Source: Amphiscolops sp. MND2022
Lineage: Eukaryota
DNA: 64,000 nucleotides
NCBI GenBank assembly: GCA_964187785.1
Contig: OZ076418.1
Coordinates: 54,188,001-54,252,000 of the forward strand
Direction: 5' to 3'
This document shows, one piece after another, positions 1 to 11,645 of this stretch; position 1 is the first letter of the stretch, and the number at the start of each line of letters is the position of its first letter. A program made the position numbers and the translations under genes. The notes beneath the pieces are model-generated. The model was not told the origin of the DNA. It made no database searches and was given only the letters and a program-made list of their open reading frames with translations.

Positions 1-669
1 TATTATACTACCTCTTTTGGTCTTTTTGGAAGATACTACACTTTTGCTCTCTCATACCATATGTAATCAATCAAACGATCTCCATCCTTTATTTAGAGTG
101 ATTGTTATATACAAATATTACTAAAATACAACCTTACTTCTAATACAAAAACGCTTCCAACTCTTTGAGTCATTTGCATCTCAACATAGGAATATACGTT
201 ATTTTACTCAAGAAATTAAACCATTTCCTAATAATCATATGTTTCATCATACAAATGCACTTCCATTTGAAACAGAAGCACATTCTATTCATACAATACC
301 GTTATTACGAGAATTTTTAGACTCATATTTAAATAACGACCCATATAATTCTCTAGACATTAACCCAGCTCAAAACCCATTCCAAATGAGCTTTAAGCGC
401 TCCCGGAAGTCAACTCTGGAACATATTATAGAACAATCCATCCACAAACTATTCCAGTACCAATCCGAGTTGTTTTTGTTACAAACCTAGACAAATTAAT
501 AGAATTCAATGAAAATTTAGACCACCCTTTACACAGACCATCTCGTTTAGAGAGTCCTAAAGAAAGTCACGTTCGTCAAAGAAGGCAAGCATAACCAAAA
601 ATAATGGGTTGATTCTTCGTTTATTGGCTTTTGATTGCTGGGTTGAGCAGTTGACGCTTCAGATCAAAC

Positions 670-3600
670 AAAATGAAATTTTTAAAAAGTGACAAAGTCG
701 ATAAAGAAACAATTATGTAGTCAGAAAGCCCTCAGTTAAACAATATACTGTCAATCTGAACAAGAAAGCCAGAAAAAAATGCTCGAGGTGCAGCGTCCTC
801 GAATGACAAAGGTGTTTGATCGGTGAAACACGAATCAAAGCCAAGAACTGATACAACTAAGATCAAGAGATTTGGCGAATGCGTCAGACTGGTATCTGCG
901 GCGTTTTTATCTAGATTTTGTGCGCTCACTAGTTGGAAGACTACGGACTCTGGTTAACGAGATTGATGACAAGCTTAGGAAGACGCTACCCTTTGCAAAG
1001 GAAAACTGAACGATTGGGTATTCGAAGTTTGCGAAAACAAACAAGCATTGTTGCATAACGTAGATCTTATGTTGGACCTCACGAATGAAGAAACGCAAAG
1101 ACAGCTCAGTCGAAGTGCGACAGAATGGGAAGAATTCTTTACACAGTTAGAAGCCAGCTGGGGATATTGGTTCCCCGAAATGAAGACAATGTTGAAGGGT
1201 CCAAAAGGCGAGACAAACAAAACGAAACTCCGCCGAATGGCAAGTGAATACTCTTAAAGCGCGGATTTGAGATGCCCTCCCACAAGAAAACAAAAGAAAA
1301 CTCAGGCAAAGTAGCTTTAAATCAACGAAACGCAATTGCTCAGTGGAAGTAACCAGTGAAAAGAAATCACTGGAACAGTCAAGCAGGGTAACTGATGAAG
1401 AACGACGGGTTGTTGGAGTATCCAATCCCTCTGATAAGATTAACTTAATCAGTAATGTGGAAAAGTTACCCAAACAAAGCAACAACGGGTCAGTCAAAAC
1501 AAACTCGAAGAGCAACAGAACACCAGTTGGTTCTAAGTCACAAATGCAAGACGAATACTTCTTTTAGAATTGGAAGCATTGAAGAAATAAGAAAAGATGC
1601 ACATTGAAGAAGAAAGCGCGAGGACTAAACTAGTTGCCAACCAAGAGAAGGGATTAGCGCGAAATGGAGTTCGGCTGAGACCGACACGATCACAGAAAGT
1701 GGCAAAACAATTGCAATCAAGCAAAGGCTTGCAGATATGCAATCTGACAATCAGCAAAATCCCGACCTCAACAAAGCCCCTTACAAACGTTAACTGCGTG
1801 AGCAAAACGCTCACTCTCAGAAGGGCATCATCGGAAACGGATCGACGGGCAAAGAGGCGCACCTGAGACGCAAAAAGAACTCTGTTTTGGGCGATTAGAG
1901 TATCTTTGGCGCTCGAACCAAGATAGTGTGGAAAATAGTTCAACAATGACAACTGTGAAGCAAACTCGAACAAACTCGTGAAGGCAAACTTCAAGCAAAG
2001 AAAGTTCAAGTGATCGCTGAAAAGAAAAGACGAACTTATTGGCAAGCAAAAAGAAACGTTTTTGTTCAAATCTCATGACTGGACAACAAAAGGAACGTGC
2101 ACAATGAAAAAAAGAAATCTCAGCAGAACAAGTGTTAAAACAAGTGTCCAAATTATGGAAAGTTGCCAGACAAAATTATCAAACGTGAAGCACACGAGGA
2201 CTCAAATATGACAAATGCTGACGGCGAGGCAAACAAAGAAACCTCGTAGCTTCTCACAGCAGAGTAGATGTGGAACTGGCCAGGAACTTTCGTTGTGAAC
2301 AATGGCTGGAAAGACTTCCGTTCAAAAACTCTTCTTGTGGATACCACACAAATTTTGGAAGACGCAATTCACTTGGTCATGAGTGAGCATTTTATAAAAC
2401 AAGAAGAGAAGATCTTGGAATACACAACGAATGAGTTCAGAAGCTCAACTTTCGCAGTAGGCGAACAAACGTCTAAAGAATCGACTGAACAATTTGCACT
2501 GCTGCAAGAGAGTGCAGAAGTTTCCAACGTACTACAGGATGTACAAGAAAGGATTCTATTCAAAGTGACAAAGTTTTATGACAGTAATCTACTCCTTGAA
2601 GAAGAAAACAAATATTTAAACATTGTTAAAAATTTTGGGTTTGTGCATGAGCAACACTTCGCACTGCATGGAGATTTGAATAGAATAACCGTGTATCAAA
2701 AGCTTTCCAACGGTGAGATTAGGCGGGACAAACCAGTGAATGACAATTCCAAAAATGAAGCACAAGCCTTCAAAGAACGTTTTGGAAGGGAAACTGATTT
2801 TGACTTGAAAGAAAACCTTGTTGAAGAAACTTTACCGATTGATACTAATGTGTGGAAACATTGAAATGGTAAAGGAAATGCTGGGATGGACGCAGTGGCA
2901 CATGCTAACGGCACTGATGGAACGCAATTGAGCAACGGCCACCGCAAGCGACCGGAGAAAAGAACATGAAAGATTGAACCTATCTCGAACCTACTACATG
3001 AAAAGAATGAAAGAGCTCACCCGAGCGCGATTGCATTACTTACAAATGATACAATTGGTCTAGACGACTTCAAAGACAACGCACCAAAGGCAATGACGCA
3101 AATGTGTTCTTTAAAAGTACCAACAACAGCAATTTGGTGCGATGGGTCTTGCAATGGTCCGGCAACACTTTTCATGGACGTTTCTGATGATCATTTGGGG
3201 CCCGATAATAACCCAGATGAGAGGAAGTTAGAGTTTTATGGTGAGATAAGCTCGGCGACTTTCCACAAACAGAAGCGAAAGCGAAACTCCACAGCATTAC
3301 AGTTACTGGGAAAAAACACGGATGTAGCTACGGAGATCGACGTCCCTCTAAGCAAAGAGCAAAATGTAGCCCAGCAAATGAATTCGAAGCTCAAACCCTC
3401 TCCCATTGGATGCACAGAAAACATTGAAACAAAACAGAATGAAGAGCTTAAGTCGCCGTAATGTGTGAAACTCTCTTTATTTACTGATTATGATGATCGA
3501 TGATTCAACGACCTTTCAAGAAGGCTGGATCCAATAGAGGATATTGGAAAGAATACGAAACGAACTCTCTTTGACATATCTTCTCCATGGTCAGTCAGCT

Positions 3601-4100
3601 TTGATGACGAAATGTGTAGCAGGGCAAATCTTGGGAAAGTTGTTGGAGATCATTTCGATATACCTGGAAATCTACTCTTTGGATATTGAACCAATTTTGG
3701 AAGCCGAGTTAAATGAACAGATGCATGTTTGTACCATGCCTTTTAAAGGTTCTAAAGAAAGGCAATTGATTGAACTCAATGAATATCGGTCGTTGATCAT
3801 ATAAGTATGGGATATTTGAGAAAAATTTGACTTCATATGAGACAACAGTTTTTTGGAAATATTTTGTTGTGTTATGTGAGCATGTGTAAAACAACGTTAT
3901 TGTCAGAATTGAATTATGGGCTGGAAAGTCATTGCAGCAGAGAAAAAACACTGCAAACAACTGGCAAACATGACTGTGAAACTGGAGTTCTCAGAAAGAC
4001 AACGACAATTGATGACAAACTCAAAAATCCAGTAAAGAAACTGGCACCCATGTTCTTTGAAAGTGTTGTTCGTGTAACATGGGAAACTGATTTCTGAACG
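670..4100 (+). pseudogene. Degenerate, multiply frameshifted long ORF remnant of an unclassified repeat (N-terminal part weakly BEL/Pao gag-like)
   Basis: Chain of same-strand ORF fragments (1048-1257, 1343-1567, 1597-1866, 2268-2864, 3093-3461) with homologous fragments on the minus strand at about 47400-51200. Ser-rich then charged segment (SNRT..SSNARRILLLELEALKE in arm 2) resembles BEL gag N-termini. No catalytic motif seen. Confidence 0.3.
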
Positions 4101-4106
4101 TGACTG

Positions 4107-4260
4107 ACGAAACTTATAACTCAAAACACGTAGGAAACTTGTCAAGATTTAATTAGAAAAATACAAGTTTCAGCAGGAATAGGACGAAACTTATAACTCA
4201 AAACACGTAGGAAACTTGTCAAGATTTAATTAGAAAAATACAAGTTTCAGCAGGAATAGG
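4107..4260. repeat. Exact 77-bp tandem duplication (2 copies)
   Basis: acgaaacttataac...caggaatagg at 4107-4183 and 4184-4260; single copy in the paralogous arm near 47290-47370. Confidence 0.95.
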
Positions 4261-5509
4261 CGTGAGTCAAAAAGGGGCACCACCCTTTTGGAGAACCACT
4301 TGTTCAATCACCCTGAGACATAGCATGTATAAACTGAAGGTGCTACCTCAACTTTTCACTCGAAACGCCCGACCCCGTATCTCTCCTGGGTTCCGGGCAA
4401 TTACCACCCAAAGTGACCTAGGTCTGACCCCATGAAAACCCAATTTTGCTATACAAATTATTATGTGATTTTCTCATGTGACCTTGAAGGATATGTAATG
4501 CTATTGGTGGTGGTGATATTTACATTGTATAGACATAATTTCTAGCCTAAAAAGCATGCCAAAAGCACCACATACTTTGTTCACTTAGCCAACAACGTCA
4601 TATTATGCTCTAAATGTCATGTATTTATACTTCATATACTGACTTATTTTTATCGAATATGTAAACGATATGTATACCATAACTAATTGGGTACAAATCG
4701 ATTGGAAAGCTGTATGCAAGTTGGGTCGTAGGACCACTTCTATTCTCAGTTCATTTCTTCACCTCTTTTCGACTAGTCGCCAAAGAAATGGGGCGACTAA
4801 GTTAGTTACTCTCAACTTGTGGAGAGTTGGACGTGCTAAGAGACAAGGAAGAAATGCAATTCGGGATCATTGGTTCCTACTAAGGCATGATACAGTCCTT
4901 TTAATGTAAGAAGCAAGCACTCTTCGGTAACGGTACACAGTGCCGAGCGCCGAATTCAGGGCGGCGTAAAGTTTGGTCAAGTGGAGTGATCAAGCAGCCC
5001 TTACAAATAGGAACAATTGCTTTTGGGTTTTGGGATGCTAGTGCAGTTCCAGCGTTTTCTAAATTACTACCTGAATTGTTGAGAAGTTTTTCCCGACTTT
5101 TGTTCCAGCTTCTGCTGTGTATTTAAAAAATCACCAACCCTTCTGCTCGAAAGGTTTGATCGAAAACGATAAGAGACTTTGACATATTACTTTTTGAAAA
5201 AGTTCCTCCAGAAATTTTACATGTTTATTAGTTTTTGCATTTGATACTAGGGTACCATAAATAATTGAAGTTGCTAAATTTTGACTCCCACGAACACAAT
5301 AAGAATAAGTTTTACACTTTTTGAGGGTCTTTTTATGCGGACAAAAAGTTGAAAAGCTCAGCATTGTGAAGCCTTAACCCCAGAAAAAATGAAAGATAAC
5401 AAAGTGCAAATTGTTTTTTAAGCTTCGCAAGAGAACTTTTAGTGAACTTTTCTGATTCCTTTAATCAGTCAAAAATGTCCAAATCTTGATACTTTTAACT
5501 GTGAAATTC

Positions 5510-5900
5510 AATGTTTTGCCATTGAAACAGTTTACCTTTCCGTAGCTGGAATCTACGGATCCATGGTTGTTCTATTAAGTAGTTGTTGGTGGATGTATAA
5601 TTTTAATCTAATGGCTGATTTGGACTAAAACAAAAGTGGTTCACTTAAGCTTTTAACAATTGAACCATCGACACACTCACATTTTGAATGATCTTTTTCT
5701 ACACACAGTCTCATGACAGGTTTTTCTGACTTCTGACTTCCTTTCCTTTGTCTTTTTAGTAAACCGTAAACAGGTATTGTGTACAGAAATAAAAAAAACT
5801 AGAAATGGTTGAGAAACCAAGAATTGAAATTGTATCTACTTGGAGTGTCACGGTTAGTTGGGGGATGCTCAAGTTTTCAATTTGTGTTTCAATTGCTTTG
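5510..5900 (-). pseudogene. Polinton/Maverick minor-capsid (penton)-like remnant, family B
   Basis: Translates to ...HSKCECVDGSIVKSLSEPLLF... followed by VNCFNGKTLNFT, resembling the C-terminal motifs of Polinton minor capsid proteins; broken by stops and frameshifts. Approximate limits. Confidence 0.5.
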
Positions 5901-6201
5901 GTGATATCAACTGATTCGTATGCACCTGTTTGGCGTCTAATTTCAAGATAATATTAATCAGAAGATAAATCAACAATTTCAAATAGTGGAATGAATTGGG
6001 TTGCAACAATTCCAACTGATTCAGTTAGGTCTTTGACATTGATCGTTGGTGCGGGCGGTATTCAAGTTGATGGTTTCAGTGTGTCTCCGAGTGGCTCTAA
6101 TTTTATGGGTGCTTTACTTGTAGTTTTCTTGGCGCTCATCAAAAAATGAATCTTGCAGACGTTCCTTAAAATGTGTCTCAAACTGAGTATGAGATTGATA
6201 A

Positions 6202-6900
6202 AATTTCCAATTATGATCACTCTAACTATTTTCAATGTTTAACAAGGACCGTTGTTCAAGGTTTAAGAGTTCAAGTGGTTGCGATTTATTCTTTTTGTTT
6301 ATTCCTTTCAAACTCGACTGTTTTTTTTGGGTTTTGGAAAAGGTGTTTTCTGAAACTTGTCAAGTCGATTTTTCAATATTTGATTTAAGAGATACTTTGT
6401 TGTCATTTAGCTTAGCTTCATTTATTAGAAAAAGTAATATTTTCTGAGCTTCCCACAGAAAAAGTTTCCTGGGGAAGTGCCAAAAGCACTCCCAGAGGCT
6501 TTGAATGGTTTTGGATTTGGTGATTGCATCTTCAGTCGGAGTTGCATTGACTCAATGCAACTCCGACTGAAGATGCAATCACCAAATCCAAAACCATTCA
6601 AAGCCTCTGGGAGTGCTTTTGGCACTTCCCCAGGAAACTTTTTCTGTGGGAAGCTCAGAAAATATTACTTTTTCTAATAATTGAAGCTAAGCTAAATGAC
6701 AACAAAGTATCTCTTAAATCAAATATTGAAAAATCGACTTGACAAGTTTCAGAAAACACCTTTTCCAAAACCCAAAAAAAACAGTCGAGTTTGAAAGGAA
6801 TAAACAAAAAGAATAAATCGCAACCACTTGAACTCTTAAACCTTGAACAACGGTCCTTGTTAAACATTGAAAATAGTTAGAGTGATCATAATTGGAAATT
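6202..6900. repeat. 699-bp near-perfect palindrome (349-bp arms, 1-nt loop at 6551, one mismatch seen)
   Basis: gttgcattga-c-tcaatgcaac centre; symmetry x to 13102-x holds from 6202 to 6900; mirror ORFs 6425-6625(-)/6477-6677(+) and 6235-6447(+)/6655-6867(-). Confidence 0.97.
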
Positions 6901-7298
6901 CCTAATCGGATTAGGAATAAAAAAAATAAATTTGAAAATATTTTGATCTCCGTAAAAAAATTATTATTTTCCAAGCTTCGCGCTGAAAAAAGTAAGCTTT
7001 GTAGGTTCCAGTGTTGCGAAAACATTTATTTCGGATAAAATTATTGAAAATAATTTATCAAAAGAAATTTATGTTTCAAATTTAGGGTACTAAATAATTT
7101 ATTTGCACTCCTCAATTATTTTCAGATATCAGTTCTCAATAGTTTCCTGAGAAACATCCAACAATGAACATGAATGTTTACGGATAATTATGAAAGTGAC
7201 GTGTCAAAATTGCTTCCAGTTCACACGCTAAACAAACAAAAGTGCCTGGTTATTTTAATACTCATGTCATTACATTTCTCCGTTGTCTTCTGTTCGCT

Positions 7299-7871
7299 AT
7301 GGCACTATTTTCAAACAAAGAAATCGTTGAATTTTATTTTACCGTATATGATGATTCTCAGCTTCCTCTGATCAAATATGAGTGCCGGTGCGGTATCAAA
7401 CGATCGCAAAAGAAGGGAAACGGCTACACGAATTTGATATCTCACATTCGAGCAGAGCACAGCACTTATTTGAATGAAATTCAAGAAGCCAAAAAAAACG
7501 AAGATCGCAGAATACAATCAAAGTTGCCATTGGTGACCAATAATGCGAAGAATATTTTCGGATGGCTTGACTGGATAGTATCTGAAAATAGGGAATTCAG
7601 CTTCTGTGAGAAACCCCTCGTTCACAAATACTCGTGTCTAAACCCGATAACGCGACCGACATTGCAAAAGTACTCAACATTATTGACTAAAAAAGTTGAG
7701 GAGAAGATTGTTAATGCCTTGCCAGAAAAGTTTGGTTGAATAGTTGACGGCTGGTCATGCAGAACAACTCAGTATCTCGCAGTATTTGCAAGTTATTTGG
7801 GTTCTGATGGATGCCAAGAACGCCCATTGCTTGCATTTTCACCCTTGCTGGAAGAAGAGGACATGTCTGCC
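7299..7871 (+). pseudogene. hAT transposase, N-terminal part (BED-type Zn finger, first catalytic Asp)
   Basis: ATG 7299; YECRCG...YTNLISHIRAEH Zn finger; FG*IVDGWS with premature TGA at 7737-7739 just before the catalytic D; cut by the LTR at 7872. Confidence 0.88.
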
Positions 7872-9764
7872 TGTCACAGCCCCGCATAAGCTGCGAGTAC
7901 TGCAACGTGTGTAACCCAGTCTTCAAAGAATAAATTGGGAAAAGAGAGGAAAGAACAAGAAAGAAACAACAAAGGGACAACTAGAAACAGAGGCGCTAAA
8001 TTTGAAAGAGTTAAATAAATAAATATATATATTAATATTACTATATTAATGTACACTTATTTGAATACGTACTTACGAATAACGGAGCTAAAGTGCAGTT
8101 AATAATGTTAATAATATAGTGCTAATATCAATACTACGTAAAACACTCAACCCGACAAGCAGTCAATCAATTCTTGAACGGAACTGCGGCCTGGCGGCCG
8201 GCCTCAAATGCGCTCACTAAAGCGGTGGCCTGGCAGGCGGCCTGAGATTTGTAAACCAATACACAAGCATTCCCTTACAGTGAATACATGTATACAAACT
8301 AATGGCTAATGCAGTGCTTCATCGACAGTGCAGTTTTGTATAAATACCAATAATTGAGATTCCCGCGCCAATTCATTGCAATATTTTGGACCGCGGCCTG
8401 AGACGCGGCCTGAGAATGAAAATACAGCGAACTGTCCGTAAAATTAGAAAGTGTCGATGCTAACATGTAACTTTGTTTCGAAATAACTCTAATAGCCATC
8501 ACTGATGATCCTAAATAATACTGTTGATTGGAATATTACATATAATGTACTTTTACATGTAAATGGCGTCTAATCAGTAAATAAGCCTGAACCGTGGCCT
8601 GAGCCAAAGGCTCAATGTCAAAATGCAAACCAAGGGTTAATTGCATGCATATACCATTTTCTAAACACGTTACCGTTTAATTGCATTTATTATTCCATAA
8701 AATAATGTCTCTGATGCTATGCACTGTTTATAATCACTGTATTTTGTTGAACCAATTTGTCCGTCCAGGACCATGGCCTGGGACCAGGCTTTGCCGTTTT
8801 ATTTAAAACATCACCTAATACACCGTAGAAAAGATTCTACTCTCCCTTTTGCAGTTTATCATACGTTTTCCATTTAATTTCTCTCATTTCGTTGCTAATT
8901 TATTTTAATTAGAGAATATCTGTAAAAGGAATTTGACTGTCATCGTTTCTTCCCAAATTTAGTGCAGTTTGTTAACTTCGTTTGATGAGTCACAGCGTGT
9001 GTTTTTGCTAGTTGTTCAGTTCGGCGTCCCGAAGAGGCGGGAGATTGGAAAGGAAGGAAAGCGAAGTCGCAACTCAGGCCGGAAGTGGACGCTTGCTTTC
9101 CCCGGGAAGCATGAACAAACTGAAAGCCTGAGTTCGACTAAGCGGAACTGAATTTCCGGTTTCCCTGCCTCGGATGGACGCCGGGCTGAACGAAGTGTGA
9201 AGTATGTGCGTGTCTTTTTTCTTGCTTTCTCTATCGGAAGGTATAAATATGATGGGACCAAGAAGCCATATTTAGTCAAATTTTGTCGTTTATCGCAAGC
9301 AATTGTCTTTTGTTGAAAATAATTGAAAGTTTCAAAACTTCGAATTTCTTTGCTTAAGAATCTACTAAAACTTCTTCTAAAGAAAATTGAGAACTTAAAC
9401 TTGAACAAGATGCCCGAAAGAAGCTCGAAAAGGAAAGCTAGGCGAGATTCCCCAGTGAATTCAGTAGACGAACCTGAGTCCTCCAGCATGAGGACTGAGA
9501 ATACCCCTTGCTTGTCTGACAAGGACTTCAATGAGTTATCCGAAAAGATAGAAAAGTCCGTCAGCAAAAGAATTAAGGACACGGAAATTGGACAACGAGA
9601 GATTTTGAAAATGATAGAGAATCTAGCCTCCAAGATAGACACACTAGCAGAAAAACCGTCCTACAACGCACACCACGATCCCGATGACGAAGACTTAGAG
9701 AATACGTATTTTAGACCCGGAACAGTTGAACCGAATGATTTACATCTAAATCACGGTCAACACA
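7872..9764 (+). repeat. 5' LTR (1893 bp)
   Basis: tgtcacagcc...ggtcaacaca; about 15 substitutions counted by eye versus the 3' LTR (about 99% identity). Confidence 0.97.
9242..9248 (+). promoter_or_regulatory. Candidate LTR TATA box (TATAAAT)
   Basis: aaggTATAAATatg about 170 bp upstream of the gag ATG; equivalent aaggTATATAT is kept in the related solo LTR near 41710-41720. Confidence 0.5.
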
Positions 9765-10897
9765 TGGTGACAGGAGTTACCACAACCCAGGATTCACCCG
9801 CCCGGTCATCAAGTCTACCGCCGCCCAACATGAGATATCCAGACGATATCGTAGACAAACTACTCGAATCCTTAAAAAATGCCACACAACAGAATGCGGG
9901 ATTGCCCAGACTACCAAAGGCACTCTCAACGACCATGCCAACGTTCGATGGCCGCAATGACAAGTTCGAGCATTTCGAAGATCTGTTTATGACGAGCCTC
10001 AAAGTCTACCCAAACATCTCAGAAGAGGAGCAAATCCACTACTTCCACTCCCTCCTGAGAGGCGATGCGCTCCAAACGTATCGCAACATGACAGACGCAA
10101 ACCGCGCCAGCCTAGATGACATCATCGCCACTTTTCGCAGACGGTATGTACGCCCACAATCGATAGCTACAGCAAGATGTAAGTGGGAACAACTTTACTT
10201 TGACCCTACTCGCCAAACCTTCCAAGATTTCTTGGAGCAGTATCAAAAATTGGCGCAGGAGGCATATGGCGACGACGCCCCAAAGTTCATAGAAACCTCA
10301 TTCTATGCAAAAATGCCAGCCCATTTAAAACGAGTCCTCAACCAGGCAAGACTAGAGACAGAGTCGTACGACCTCATGGTCCAACACCTGGAACGCGAGA
10401 TGGAGTTAAACGGACTCCTGGCCCCAAGCGAAACAAACATAACGGGGGTACACCAAATCGATGTACAAGACATCCCACAACAAACCGCCAATCCACCCAA
10501 ACCGGCACGCCCGTGCTTTGGATGTGGCCACTCAGGTCATGTAATAAAGAACTGCCGGAAAACAGCTCGGGAAGCCCGCAACCGAGGCAACCGGGTACCA
10601 ACCAAAATCACAAATCCATGTGAAACCTGTGGCAAGAAAAGCCATACGACCCAAGAGTGTTATTCCGGAGCCAACTGGGCAAACAGACCTCAAGGGTGGA
10701 AGACACCTAAAACAACTCCCCCGAATAACATCCCGTTGCCACAAAATGCCCAAGGTCAATACCCCTCGGACAACCCATCAACCCACCAGCAAAAATACGA
10801 CAACCAAACACATAGCCAAACGGGCTACCCACCCATGCTCCCGCAGACCACTCAACCCCAAAACTTAAGTCAGAACCTCAGCCACTCAAAAAACTAG
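9410..10897 (+). CDS. gag: Gag (495 aa; starts inside the 5' LTR; two CCHC zinc knuckles)
   Basis: ORF 9323-10897, first ATG 9410 (MPERSSKRK); capsid-like MPTFDGRNDKFEHFEDLF...LRGDAL; CX2CX4HX4C motifs CFGCGHSGHVIKNC and CETCGKKSHTTQEC. Confidence 0.92.
   Translation: MPERSSKRKARRDSPVNSVDEPESSSMRTENTPCLSDKDFNELSEKIEKSVSKRIKDTEIGQREILKMIENLASKIDTLAEKPSYNAHHDPDDEDLENTYFRPGTVEPNDLHLNHGQHMVTGVTTTQDSPARSSSLPPPNMRYPDDIVDKLLESLKNATQQNAGLPRLPKALSTTMPTFDGRNDKFEHFEDLFMTSLKVYPNISEEEQIHYFHSLLRGDALQTYRNMTDANRASLDDIIATFRRRYVRPQSIATARCKWEQLYFDPTRQTFQDFLEQYQKLAQEAYGDDAPKFIETSFYAKMPAHLKRVLNQARLETESYDLMVQHLEREMELNGLLAPSETNITGVHQIDVQDIPQQTANPPKPARPCFGCGHSGHVIKNCRKTAREARNRGNRVPTKITNPCETCGKKSHTTQECYSGANWANRPQGWKTPKTTPPNNIPLPQNAQGQYPSDNPSTHQQKYDNQTHSQTGYPPMLPQTTQPQNLSQNLSHSKN
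9765..9777 (+). promoter_or_regulatory. Primer-binding site, tRNA-Leu-like
   Basis: TGGTGACAGGAGT immediately after the LTR; one mismatch to the common tRNA-Leu PBS TGGTGTCAGGAGT. Confidence 0.6.
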
Positions 10898-11645
10898 AAT
10901 CGCCACATCTTCGATTTGGGGAGACTGTCGAAACGCGACAGTACACAACATCTGAACCCCCAAATTCATACGACCAAGAAGGAAACACTGAGCGAAATGA
11001 AGAACCATCTCTCGACTGGCAGCGAAGATGGCAGATCCATAAGCTCCATAAATACAACCGTCGAAACATCACAAAGAAGGACTACCCCCAGTGGTACCTC
11101 GACAACCCGACTGAGTACAATACCCCCAAACGACCCCTACCAGAAAGCACTACCCCTGAAACATACTTCCACGACTCGGATTTCAACTGCGACCCCTACT
11201 ATAACCCTCAACTATACGACAAAACAACACTAACCTTCAAACACCAGGAATGCACGCCATTTGAAGAGTATATCAGAAAAACAGGGATGAACATTTCCAC
11301 CGAGCCACGCCACAGGTCCAAAACCGTCCAACCCATCCCCAATTACGACCAGGACGCGGAACATGCGACAGAGATCATAGTTGATCTCCCCCAAGACAAT
11401 CTCAGACCCATACTCAAAAACCAAGGATCACATGCCACTGCTCCCCATTCTCCATCAAGGGAACAGTCAACAAACCCTATTAGAGCCGGTATTATCCGAT
11501 CCCCAACAATGGACGTGGCACCAGATAGCCACCAACACAAAGACATCGCCCACAGGACCACGAACGAAGCCGTGGACCTAGCCCAAAATACACACAATCC
11601 GGAGACAATCACCTCCAAACCCACAACAAAACGCATCAAGAGCTC

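Noticed and set aside
4261-5000. Distinct MITE or RNA gene
   Set aside because: Looks repetitive and GC-patchy, but no TIR, TSD or fold could be defined, and it is present in both arms, so no empty site.
6173-7025. Duplicated small genes on both strands
   Set aside because: Produced by the palindrome; no independent coding evidence.
8495-8560. Hammerhead ribozyme at CTGATGA
   Set aside because: No downstream GAAA core or pairing stems.
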